From NCBI GenBank assembly GCA_028023455.1, contig JAQFVV010000002.1, positions 4,030,001 through 4,094,000 on the forward strand: DNA of 64,000 nucleotides, given 5' to 3'. The notes beneath the pieces were generated by a model. It did no database searches. It was not told where the DNA came from and worked only from the letters and a program-made list of their open reading frames with translations. Shown here piece after piece: positions 28,825 to 41,523 of this stretch. The translations under genes were made by a program, and so were the position numbers. The stretch is from Epiperipatus broadwayi. Lineage: Eukaryota > Animalia > Onychophora. How positions within the stretch are numbered: the stretch's first letter is position 1; every line of letters begins with the position of its first letter.

Positions 28825-30148
28825 AAACATCACATGATCACCATTTCTTACGCTTGCTTATAACTGTTATTAAAACAGGCAAAAACTCACTATATGTATT
28901 GCCATACATCAAGCTAGAATAATCAATGGATGCCAGAAGGCTTATGCATAAAATCCCCATCTAGTACCTACTCATCCAATATCCCCAGACTAGTTTCTGG
29001 TTTGTGGCCTTCGTCAGTGAAAAGCCTTAGATCTGAGAGCCCTTCACCTAGATCTTAGGATCTAATGCAACCCTTCAGCAGCCATCTTTTATCTCTACTT
29101 AACTATAAAACTATGAGTCTTAAATTGAAAATACCTTAATATTTTCAATCCAAGCCCATCAGCTTATATAGTCATATAGATCTGAACTCAGTTCAGTACC
29201 CATACATTTTGGTGTCTTTGGTTTTTTAATAACCATAGCCGCAAATATCCTATTAGGATTGGTTTTAAGCCGATAAACATCACATGATCACCATTTCTTA
29301 AGCTTTCTTATAACTGTTATTAAAACAGGCAAAAACTCACTATACATATTGCCACACAGCAAGCTAAACCTATATGACTATATAATCTGATGGGCTTGGA
29401 TTGAAAATATTAAGGTGTTTCAAATTTAAGACTCATAGTTTTGTAATTAAGTAGAGATAAAAGGTGGCTGCTGGAAGGTTACATTAGTTTCTAAGATTTA
29501 CGTGCAGTGCTCTCAGATCTAAGACTCCTCACTGACAAAGGCCAAAAGCCAGAAACTAGTCTGGGGATATTGGATGAGTAGGCACTAAATGGGGTTTTTA
29601 TGTACAAGCCTTCTGGCATCCATTGATTACTCTAGCTTGCTGTGTGGCAATATGTATAGTGAGTTTTTGCCTGTTTTAATAACAGTTATAAGCAAGCATA
29701 AGAAATAGTGATCCCTTGATGGCTTAAAACCAATTCTGTCTAATAGGATATTGGTGGTAATGGTTATTAAAGAACCAAAGATACCAAAATGTATGGGTAC
29801 TGAACTGAGTTCAGACCTATATGACTATATAAGCTGATGGACTTGGATTGAAAATATTAATGTGATTTCAATTTAATATTCATAGTTTTGTAGTTAAGTA
29901 GAGATAAAAGGTGGCTGTGGAGGATTGCATTAGATCCTAAGATCTAGATGCAGTGCTCTCAGATCCAAGGCTCCTCACTGGTGAAGGCCACAAGCAAGAA
30001 ACTAGTCTGGTGATATTGGATGAATAGGTCCTAGATGAGGATTTTATGCACAAGCCTTCTGGCATCCAGTGATTACTCTGGCTACCACTAATTTAGTAAC
30101 AGTTATAAGCAAGCATAAGAAATGGGGATCATGTGATGTTTATTGGCT
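28825..30148. mobile_element. Family A HHR repeat, locus A3 (largest: ~1.2 antisense plus ~1.7 sense monomers)
   Basis: Antisense period 450 bp (28821/29271), sense period 447 bp (29368/29815). Boundaries are defined by an empty paralogous site at 32385/32386 (tcaat|taacacttgc). Confidence 0.92.
28971..29037 (-). ncRNA. Type I hammerhead ribozyme (family A), core CUGACGA intact
   Basis: Minus strand: ..CUUUUCA CUGACGA AGGCCACAAACCA GAAAC UA GUC / UGGGGAUAUUGGAUGAG. Stem II has one mismatch. Confidence 0.6.
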
Positions 30149-31318
30149 TAACACTTGCCTTTGGAAATTTTTACATTCAATGTGAGATTGTTCAAAATTT
30201 TCATAAAAATTCTCAAATCTAACTTGAGATTCTTCAATTTTTTTATTTATTTCATATATATTATCTAGAAAGAGAGAGAGAGAGAAATTATTTATCTTAT
30301 AAAATACATAACAGCATTAACATAATTTTATTTTAAATTAAAAGCAAAATTCAACTTCTATTAAAATACTATGCAAAATTTGTTAACTGATATATATATA
30401 ACCAACAAAAAAAAATTATAAACTTATGTTCAATTTTATCCTCAATAAAAATATCATTAATACAAATTGCCATCAAATGTTTATCAGACTCCAAAGTTGG
30501 GAAGTTAAATTGTAACTGTAAATATATATTACTAAACTAATTTTAAGGTAAGTATTTGTATTTTATAACTATCCTTATTTCATAGAAATAAACAGCAACC
30601 AATTTTTTTTTATTTATGAATTCAGATTGTTAACATACATTCACAAAATCTTCCTGCTTCACTAAAAAAAAAATTGCTTCTTCATCCGAATCAAAGTTTC
30701 ATTTTTATTACTTCATTATTATCAACAACAAAAAAATTCTTCAAATAGAACAAAAGATCTGTCATCTCAAAATTTTATGAAATCTATTCTTTCACAACTA
30801 AGTCAATTTAATCTGTGCTAAAATACTAATAACAATAAAATGCTTTAGATAAAAATAAATAAATTTTTAAATGTTGACCAGCATGCTTATATTTATTTAT
30901 TGAAAAACTAAATAACTTGAATATAGCTATCCACATATGATTAATATTTACATTTATACAAATTCTTTTTTTAATAAAATTAAGTCAAATAAAACAAACT
31001 AACTTATTTAATTCAAGATGAAACCATGGGTCTAAGATGCCTTGCATTGTACAATCCTTTGACAACTTCCAAGGTTTCAACCATATGTGCAATTTCTCTG
31101 ATCTTTTTCATTATTTTATATTGTCACTCATATAGGTTATAAAACTTTTAAATTTATGTGTCTGCAGGTAACTAACTTAATGAATCCTAATTAATTCAAC
31201 TTATATCAAATATAGAATATAAAGTCTATTTTTTAATCATGTTTAACAATGAAGACAAATTAATTAAACTATATATATATATAATATTATAAATCGATGT
31301 CTGTATTTCTTCAAAATA

Positions 31319-31521
31319 ATATACGCAAATTTATAAATAAATATTTAAAAATACAGTATTTAAAAGCTTATAAAAAATATATGTATAACCGTCATTTAGG
31401 AGCGCTTTCAACCAACTTGTGGCTTTGTCAACTATCACGTTTAAGTGACGGTTATACATACATTTTTTATAAGCTTTTAAATACTGTATTTTTAAATATT
31501 TATTTATAAATTTGCATATAT
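31319..31521. repeat. ~200-bp palindrome (MITE-like hairpin): ~78-bp arms, ~43-bp spacer
   Basis: gcaaatttataaataaatatttaaaaatacagtatttaaaagcttataaaaaatatatgtataaccgtcattta (31325-31398) is a near-perfect inverse of 31442-31515. Both flanks are TA-rich. Confidence 0.9.
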
Positions 31522-32269
31522 ATATAAAGAACTTATAGAACACTATACGTCAAATGAAATACATTGTCTAATTCATGACAATACAATGGGCTTCTGACCT
31601 TCAGCATTATGTAACACTTTTATACCAGCTAAAATTTTAATGATGTAAATGGACTTTTTAAGTAGACTAAAAATGAATATAATGAGTATCATATAAGAAT
31701 CATACTCATTTACATTTTTAAATTTCATCCTCATTGTGTATTTGTAGAATAAATCTATAATCATATTTTATAGGTTGTATAAAATTTGATTAATTCAGTA
31801 AATTTTTCTATTCTTAACAAATATAGAATTTTATACCAAATAAAATTATGGTTATAACCTCTGTCCTTAAATTAAATATTTATCATAAGACCCACAGCAA
31901 TTTGTGCATTTTAAAGTATCCTTGTGATAAGCTATAATTCCTAAGGTAATATAAACAAAAATTACCATTAGCTCTACCATCATTAACTATAGAAAGATTT
32001 AATCTACTGTGCTTGCCATTCTTTATCTAATTCTTTTATCTTTAATGTGATCTATTCCTACCATTATTAATGATTGCTTAAACTCTTCTGAGTTATAAGA
32101 TCCCTTGTTCATTCATGTCCATCAACATTCCTGCAAGCTGGTTTATTTGCACTTCAACATTATGAAAGTGGCATTTCATGGACTGTACAACTGTATCTAC
32201 CTGACTTTGTTTTTGCTGTGGTAGCATTTATTCTCAATAATAGTAAGAGTGTCTTCCTTTTGTTTACTG

Positions 32270-33020
32270 TAGACAACTTTAATATCTTATCTAAATTTTT
32301 GGTGAATATTTTGAAAAGAAGACTCAAGTTCTTCCTAAAAAAAATTCATTTCTTTATAAAAGGCCCAGCTTTGTTCTTGGTCAATTAACACTTGCTTTGG
32401 AAGTTTTTACATTCTGCAAAAGATTCTTCAAACTTTTCATAAAATTTCTCAAATTTACCTTGAGATTCTTCAATTTTTTTTTATATCCAATTTTATCTTG
32501 AGATGCTTAAAACTCAGCTTGAGATTCTGCAAATTTTTTTTATCAAATTTAGCTTGGGATGTTTCAAATTTTTTACAAAATTGATGAAAAAGTGTCATCA
32601 TGTCAGCTTGACTGCATTCAAACTTACCCAGCAAAATTCTATTCTCACTAGTATCTTCCATAACTATAAAAATTTAGAATTCCTAGATAAACTTAAATAA
32701 ATGAATATCTATCACAATGTAATATATACTAATGAATTAATGCTTTGTCTTTTAAGCAATTTCTAGTACTTAAGACAAAGATCTCAAGACCTCTGAACCA
32801 GCTATTTCATATATATTACCTAAAGAGAGAAAGAGAAATTAATTATTTATCATATAAAATATGCAAGAGCATTAATATTACTTTATTTTAAATTATAGCC
32901 TAATTTAATTTTTATTAAAATGGTATGTGAAATTTATTAACTGAGATATATAATCAGCAATATATATAAAACTACGCCCAATTTTAGCCTCGATAAAAGT
33001 ATCATTAATGTAAGTTACCA
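32270..33020 (-). repeat. Duplicated segment (paralogue 28700-28824 plus 30149-30480) containing a decayed heptad-repeat ORF
   Basis: Collinear with both flanks of locus A3. The minus-strand ORF 32470-32661 and its continuation carry KFExSQA-type 7-aa repeats. Confidence 0.75.
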
Positions 33021-36000
33021 TCAAACCCTATATATTGTAACTTATAAAAAATGAACAATAAATTACTGTAACTTGCTCTCATCACACATTTGTAACATCA
33101 AAAAAATACAATAAATCAGCTCTTATCAAACTTGGGGGGAAATGAGCATTATAATCACTAGTATGCCTTTTAATAAGTTTTGCTTATGTGTATATGGTAT
33201 ATCTGAGCACCACTAGGATATTTAAACCTAGATAAAATTGTATTATATACCTACTTATTCTCTACTGGGTTTGAACCTCAGTTAGTACACTATTTATAAC
33301 AGTGTGTAGGATTTTCCATTTTATAACCATGTCACATTTGCACTAATATTAAGGAGAAAACATCTTTATTATTCTTTAGTTGTGCAAATAAATTATCAGA
33401 CAAAATATTATATAAGATTTTAACATCATAAATGCATATTTAACATTCTCTGTGAGTGTTACTAACTCATATTAAATACTATAGATTTATTGGTGGCAAT
33501 TCACTAAACCTTGAGTGTAATTTGATGATCTTTGATGGTAGTCATTATCTCTTATGATGGTTCACAAATAATAAACAAACACAGTGAGAACCATTATTTC
33601 CCTATGGCCATTAAACACATTTATTTAGACTATTGATTAATAAGATGGTGATGATGATAATGATGCTTCCAGCCACAGCTTTACAATTAATTCACAACTT
33701 AAATTTTTATCTTTAATCAACCTATAATTATTTACCCAAAATATTATCATATTTAAATTATGACTTAAAGATTGACATTCATCGATGATGATGATGACTA
33801 AACTAACTTCACAAGTCAATGATTAACTCTTAAGAAATATATATGCCTCTTTTAATAAAACAAATTAAAATTTATTACTGATCGATCATTAATAATATAG
33901 ATAGAAAATTTACATAATTAATAATGATGCATTACATTTAAGTAATCATAATAATAATCAAAGGTCTTCCCCCTTTCCCTTAATGAAATGTAAACTCAAT
34001 GTTAATATCATATAGCGTGCTGAGTGTACATTTATTTCTCTAGCAGGTAAATAAAAATCTTATATCCTAGAAACATTTTAATTTTAAAAATACTGCCCAT
34101 TACATATAACATACATTTTATATTTATAAGTTTACAGATAATATCAATCAAGAAATAAGTAGAGAAAGATTAGTTAGATCATAGAGATAAAAACATCTAA
34201 TAAAATCAGCTTCAAATTACCTATCTTATGTTTCACCAATCTAGGTCATTAATCACTTTAAAATCAATCTTTCACAATGCTAAATTTTTATCAATATATG
34301 CATTCATGCTCAATAAATATACACATAAGCATAATTATATTACTAGGTGTGTCTATATATGTCAATTCCCATTATGAATAAATCAATACACAATAAACAT
34401 ATTTTATAAAAATAAAATACACATATAAATGGCTACATGTAATGATAATCTAAGAATACATAATATATTAATAGGGTCAATATTTATTATTATGGAAAAT
34501 CTCTAATAATTAATTCTCATTTTAATATTTAAAGAGAAAAATAAATGGATTTATTAATAAAAAAGAGTTGTTAATAATCACTGATAAAAATATAATTAAA
34601 ATTGATATTAACAGTTTCTTCTTTTATTCTCGATGTAGAGGCAGTTTCAAAGAGTCCAACAAATTTCATTTTGAAGTCAGCTTGATGAAGGTTTAGAATT
34701 TGAAATAATCCACATACCAATATGTAACATGCATAGATTTATCAATTGCAGCTGTTTACTGGAACAGTTCTAGTTTTGGTTTGGGCTTGCAATTCATCTA
34801 TTTTACTGTGATGATGATGATGATGACATGAAATAAATTGCTTCTTTAGGGACCATTTAGCACTGGAATATTTATTCATTTCTTCTGCTCTGGATATGAA
34901 TAGTTAATATAAATTTCATCATTTTCTTGGTGCTTTTATTTGAATTCAGCAACAGCATGGTTTACATAAATTTCAGTATTTTACTTTGTGGGTTTCTATT
35001 TGAATTCAGCAATAGGCATGAGTGAAATTATAGTCTTAGCAAATGTTGATTTCTCCTCTCATCTTTGGAAATCAGTCATAAGATGTTTTAAGTACTTTTT
35101 AGATTTAAACTCCTCTGATGTGCACATGCATTAGTTCTTGAATAGGCCACTGGAACTGGAACAAAATATCTTTCTTACTTCAGCATGTTGATGTAGAAAC
35201 CTTCAAAAGTAAAAGGATATGTGGTTTCCAAAAGTAATCATATTTATTCTCCCTTCACTGTCTTATGTTTCAGACTATATATGTGCTAGTCTGTCTGATG
35301 ACATTACATATATTTTTGTTATTAAAACATATGGTCAGTTATAAATTGCATTCCATTAGTGTATCTGTATCAATAATTGACATTTTTTTAAAATTTATTA
35401 TTTAATATGGTTCAAAAATGATCTGGATCCTGTCATTTTAATAGCTGACCGATTAATGAATCTTTGTTCTTATTCCCCCATATGGACTTTTGACTATGTC
35501 AACCTTGACCATTTTATCTCTCTCTCATCAACCCTTGACATTCTTTCAGATAAAATAAGACAAATTGATCTTAAATAATATAACTGTTTTATACAGAAAC
35601 TATAAAATTATTTAAATAAAACTCTTACCATTCAAAGTATATCTTATCCTTTTTACTAATACAAAGTTAAATAGAGAGAGAAACAACTATTCCTTCCACT
35701 CTTCTTCTGAGGCTTTGGGTACTTGTACATGGAGGGTTTAAACTGATGCCATACAGCTTTCCCCTCCTATAAAAGACAATGTGATGATTTTTTTTAATTT
35801 TATGCACACACTATTGCAATTTGGTCACAGGCTAAATTGGAATGTGCACAATATATATATATATACTGCAAATAACAGAGATGCAAATTGTGAGCCCTGT
35901 AAATTACCAACTATGGTTGAGTTATGCATGTCATTTTTTAGTTAAATAGATTTGTTGATAAGATAATTTTTATGGCATAATTAGGTGAGTATTGTTAGGC

Positions 36001-37315
36001 AGGTTTCCTATGCACTAAGTAAATATTCCCAATATTTACCATTGTAAATTTAATATGAGAATATATACTGATTATGTGTGAGAAAAAATACATTTTTTAT
36101 ATTTATGCCCATGAAAATCTTCATTTTAATAGATAAATATAAGTGTGTACCAATATACATTTTAGATATATTACATATATCTGGAAATATGTTAATAAAT
36201 TGCGTATACAGTTTATATATATTGCTTAATCATTCCAATTATGAATATTAATAAATGAATAGATTATCATTCTATTCAGTTAAGGCAAATAAATCAGCAG
36301 ACAATATTAACCATAAGTTCTAATATCTACTTCACTATATAGCTGAGTATTTTCAGGTGTATATGAGTTTAACATAAGAAACTCGATATGTATAGATAAA
36401 TACACTGTAGTGAGTGCATAATGTAAGCATATTAAAATGGGTTATATAAGATGAATATTAAAGCAGAAAATCGATACCATTTATAATTAAAAAAATATTA
36501 CAATACACTATTTTTATATATGTCGCATATTTAATTTTTGTTTTACTTATTTGTGGAATTTAAAGATATAGAGCAAAATATTTATCAAGTAAAAACAATT
36601 GGCTGATTAATAATAATATATGATCAACAGTAATATATATATAAATTTAAAATACACTTAATATTTCAAATACATGTAGTAATGAGGTATTTTGATTATG
36701 TAATGCAAAGTAATTTGGGTATTTAGAATTTTTTTTTAAAGGAAACTTTTTTATTTAAAAACTTTTTAAAATTTAATTTGAATGCCCTTTAAATATTAAT
36801 TTCTAGTTTATTTATAGAGAGCTAGTAATAATAAATTATTTATAAGATTTTACCTTTAATTGATGTCAAATTAATTATATGGTCAGGATATGAGATCTCT
36901 CTATATATATTATCATGAATGTTACTTTAAGAATAAAATAAAGTTGAAAACTAATTAAAATTATATTTTATGTAGCACTATTAATTATAATATTTTTAAA
37001 AATAAATTTTTACTTCATAAATTTACTTAATTGCTAATATTTTAAGTTCTAAACAGGAAAAAGAAAATAGATTGTAAATAAAAATGACGCATTTGAATAT
37101 TTTGGTTATACATTTATTGGTTTATAATCATTTAATACTTACTACCAAAAAAAACCACTTGTTTGTACTTGTTATCTTCTTAGGGTATTACTAATTAATA
37201 TCTCATTATTTAGACATGAGTATTAGTGAAATCTTTACAAAATATAATATAGCTTGAAGCTAAATTTAAAATTTATTAGAACAATTTTTTTTTAAAATCT
37301 ATTTATAGATTAATG

Positions 37316-39150
37316 CAGTACTTCTCAAACTTTTTGATATGAGGGCCTCATTTCCAGACCCCATCGACTAACAATGGATTCATAAAGTAATATATGTATG
37401 TATAGTGTGTTATGAAAATGAAGATAATTTTTTTTACCTTTGACCAAAATCGTAGCATACGTTTATTACATTTATAACAAAATAGCTACATTTTATTATT
37501 ATTAGGCATATATATATATATTAATAGTTTTATGTTTACATTACATATATAAATATGAAGAAAAAAAACCTGAAACAAAACTTACTAATAATATTCAATA
37601 ATAACTTTTATTCATTTTTAATAAGAATAATGTTTAATGAGATGAATGTGACTGGATATTATTATAGATATGGTCAAAATTTGGCAAAATATTTGAAATT
37701 GCAATTCTTATATTTTTTTTCTAATGTTTCTTCTGATACAGGTGATCTATGTTTATTCTTAATTAGCAAAAGTGATGAAAAATCAGTTTCACATAAATAA
37801 GTTGAAACAAAATATTTACTGCTGTCTTAGAAATAGAAGAATACTCTTCTTGTCTGTGAATCCAAAATTCTAATATATCAGAGTTATCAAATTCTTTTTC
37901 GAGTGTCTAATCTTGTCTTATTTCTATTAATTGTTCTTCAGATTATCATGGTAAATGTTGAACTTTGTTTTCATTTAAATTGGAAAAATATTTTTTGGAA
38001 AAAATCATACAATTCTTAAGGTGATTAATGATGACATTCTATTATCTTCAGATAACAAAATATTATTTTTTTCAATAAATTCATGAAGAGATGGGAACAT
38101 TTCTGTATTACAATTTTTAAAACTATATAACCATGCAGATAGTTTACTTTGGAAAGCTTGCAGTCATGTATTTAGGCATAATATATTTGTACTTTATCCA
38201 TGCAAAGAGAAATTCAATTCATTCACTTTTTTGAAAAAATCCATCAAACAAAAAATTTAGAACAACCACTTTTGATCACAAAACAGGGTTGCTAATTTAT
38301 GGGTTTTATCAATTAGAAATATTCTCAGTTTATCTTTTAATGATAAAACCCTTTTGAGAGCTTTTCCATAAGATGGCCATTTCACTTCTGTGTGATTCAA
38401 AAGCATTTCATAATTGGAATACATCTCTTGACATAAAATATGAAAGTTTTGTATTCATAGCATTGTATTTTATGTAATTTATAGCATTTGAAACTTCTGA
38501 TAGTACTTTACAAAGAGATTCTTTCATTTTTCCAAAAACTAAATCTTCCTTATAAATAATACAATGAATGTGAGGCAGACTTTTTTTGGCCTCTATTACA
38601 ATCCTGATATTCTGCCAATCATGGCTGCAACATTAAAAGTGCAAATTCCAATACATTTTTTTCCAGTGCATTTTCTATAAAAGAAATTATTTATTTTTCA
38701 AATATATCTTTTCCCTTGATTATATCAATATGATTTTTGCAAAATAGAAAATCTTTATAAATTTGAAAATTATGCAGATATCTCGCAAAAACCATTAAAT
38801 TAGCATTGTTTGTATTGTAAGATAATTCATCAAGCAGAATGGCAAAAAATTGCTTTGTAATGATTTGATATTTAAACCTAGAGCCAAGGCAGATATGTAT
38901 CTAACATCACTCTTTAGCTCCTTTTTTTTGCTATTAAGTTAATGTAAAGAAAGATAAATATTTTTATTTTTTGTAGTAAGCTGAAAAAATTGAGTAATAT
39001 GTTGGTATTACAGGACTCTGACTTGATGAATTTTTTTGCTTTTTAATTTTACAATCTAACAAGAAAATTTCTAAACACAGACATCATAAATCTAAGAATT
39101 TTCATAGAGAATAAAATGCATTGGTTATTTAGTGGGTTTTGTCTTTTTTA
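37316..39150 (-). mobile_element. Decayed hAT DNA transposon of the Buster/Charlie (ZBED5/SCAND3-like) group
   Basis: Terminal cagtacttctcaaact at 37316 is preceded by gattaatg (NNNTANNN target) and sits just beyond a transposase pseudogene. The second terminal inverted repeat (TIR) was not found. Confidence 0.85.
37634..38860 (-). pseudogene. hAT Buster/Charlie-type transposase pseudogene
   Basis: Motifs in order: FAILLDE..NNANLMVFARYL, KDFLFCK, CIGICTFNVAAMIG, HIHCIIYKEDL, LLNHTEVKWPSYGKALKRV, EFW..STYLCETDFS..IKNKHRS, ..QSHSSH* (stop at 37634-37636). Multiple frameshifts and stops. Confidence 0.92.
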
Positions 39151-39729
39151 GAGTTAATTTAGCATATTTTATCAAGTCATTTCCATAAAAAAGTTTTTTT
39201 TTTATTACAGCCAGCATAAAAGTATCATTAAAAAATCCTTTCTAGCTATATAATTTTTTATACAGATATTTAATATTCAACTGTGGTGAGTTGATGTAGT
39301 TATATTTCTTCTCTAATTCAGGCAGGAAAAGTAGATTGTATAATTAAATGGTTATATTGTGATTAGTCTGTCACTTTAATGAGAAAATGTCATCTGATTA
39401 CCAGGTCATTCTAATAAATTGTTGTATCCATACTGTAACTTGGTTGCTTGAATATCTATTAATCTCTTAAGTAACTAAATATATAATTATTTGTTTTACT
39501 TAACTTTTATTTCATCTATTTGATGAATTATTTTGCTATTTTAATTGTTTTTCACTACTTCTTATATTTTGTTTTAATAAATATATCTATTTTAATTTTA
39601 TTTCTAACATATGTATAATTTATAGTCCACACATTGGTTATTGTAATTTTATCTAAAAATATTTGTTTGACATCAGAACTCAGTTCTAGCAAATATTTTT
39701 TTTTATTAGCAACTGTTTATTATTATTGT

Positions 39730-39885
39730 CATATATAGAGATCACAAATAAGCTCTTAACAAGCTTTGCAGAATATCCCAACCCCAGACTGTTTTCTGCT
39801 ACTGGCTTCCTCAGTGAGGTGCTAGGATTTGTAATACAAGCTTGTTAAATTAGGTCATGTGATATATGACTTGATTTTTTGGTAA
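39730..39885 (-). mobile_element. Family C repeat fragment with HHR-like motif (39775-39828)
   Basis: Minus strand: AUCCUA-GCA-CCUCA CUGAGGA AGC-CAGUA-GCA GAAAACAGUC / UGGGG-U-UGGGAU. Homologous to 466-760. Confidence 0.65.
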
Positions 39886-41162
39886 TTATTATTGTCAGAA
39901 TATATATATTTTTTAACAGTATATACATCAAGGTAATCAAATTTATTTCTTCAACATTAAGCAAATTATTAAAATATATATATTTAAAAGTCAAAATACA
40001 TTTAAATAAAAAAATATAACCTTTTAGCATATTGACTTGCATAAAAATTCTAGTGAAAAAAGTTTTTTCTAAAAAAGAAATCTGTACTGTTTTTTTTTTA
40101 AAAAAAAAATCATGTTTTTGAAAGCATGGAAAAAGTCTTAAAATTATTGCTGAAAATTAAAAAAGAAATGCAAAATGCACAAAATTGATTAAATAAATTA
40201 AAGCAAAGAAATCTATTATAATGCATTATAATAAATTTCATTGTTTTATCCTTATGATAAGACGCGTATTGAAAAATCTTAGTAAATTATCCTCTAAGAA
40301 AAATAATATTCAATTGCAAAGTTTAAGAAAAACCTTTAAGTTTTTTACCCAGACATCCACAAACATAAATATTGCAAAGTTTATTTTAATTCTATTAATA
40401 CTGAAGTTTACTTAAGTAAGATTTTCATTAACAGATTTTTCTGGTTTTTCTTCATTCCAATCTCAGTATTATTGTTTATAATTGAATTTTAATACATGTG
40501 CAACTTCTTGATAGCCGGCATTATAGAAAGTAAATTATTTTCTAGCTTTAATTAACTTCTAAGTCATTATGATTTTTCATTTAAATCAGAAATTTATATT
40601 TTTACCTCATATAAAAGTTTCACTAATACCAACTCAAAGATGGAATCATAAATGTTAGCAATCATTACCTGCTCCACAATAACTAAATATATATATATAT
40701 AAAGAATAAATATTCAGATATCATATCTTAACCTTATAATTTTCATACAAGTGTTAATCTTGCAATGATGAAGCTAAAGTTACTACTAATAAGCTTACTT
40801 TAAACATTTTAATAAACTAAATGATGCAAAATTGTAATTGAAGATTATGATAGCACCAAAGCATAGCCTCCCCTTTCTCAATCTCAGGAAACTATCAAAT
40901 ATGTAGCTACTTTTGCTTCAAAATATTTTGTTGCCCTTGATGAATATCCTTAATAATATTAAGCTGCTGCTGATAGTACACTAAACAATTCATAAAAATA
41001 TGTACTAACTTTTGTAGATAATCTTTCTTATAGATATGCTTAAAGCTTGACTTTTTCATGTTTGAAAAATTTTAACATATTTTTGGTAGAAATAATTTGA
41101 TAGTAAAAGGAAATATGCCTATGTGTTTAAAAAGGAAGATTTTTAATAATTATGAATCTGAA

Positions 41163-41523
41163 ACCATTCAAAGAAATATGGAGAGATGCATGTTGGGAGT
41201 AACAAGAAGAGATTGAAAATGCAACATATGGGTAAGAGAACAAACAAGTGTGACTGACCTCATTGAAAAAATTGAAAGACTGAAGTGAAGTTGGGCTAGA
41301 CATATTGCTAGAAGAGATAATAGATGGACAATTGAAATTTTAAACAAGATTCCAAGAGATTGTAGAAGACCCAGAAAGAGACCACATATAAAATGGATGG
41401 ATAAAATAAGAAAGTGTGCAGAGGTGATGTGGAGAAGAGAAGCTAAAAATTGGAGAAGATGGATTGAGCTTGGAGAGACCTTCATCCTACAATGGATTGA
41501 TAATGGTTGATGATGATGATGAT
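41163..41523 (+). mobile_element. 5'-truncated RTE-clade LINE 3' end with (TGA)n tail
   Basis: Translates TIQRNMERCMLGVTRRD*..LK*SWARHIARRDNRWT..RPRKRPHIKWMDKI..W..W..LGETFILQWIDNG*, the characteristic RTE C-terminus, followed by tgatgatgatga. Confidence 0.92.

Noticed and set aside
31297-31543. Two nearly identical ORFs on opposite strands
   Set aside because: They are mirror translations of a DNA palindrome.
34600-35250. Minus-strand decayed frame with a ~60-bp internal repeat (tttgaattcagcaa twice)
   Set aside because: Many stops and no identifiable family.
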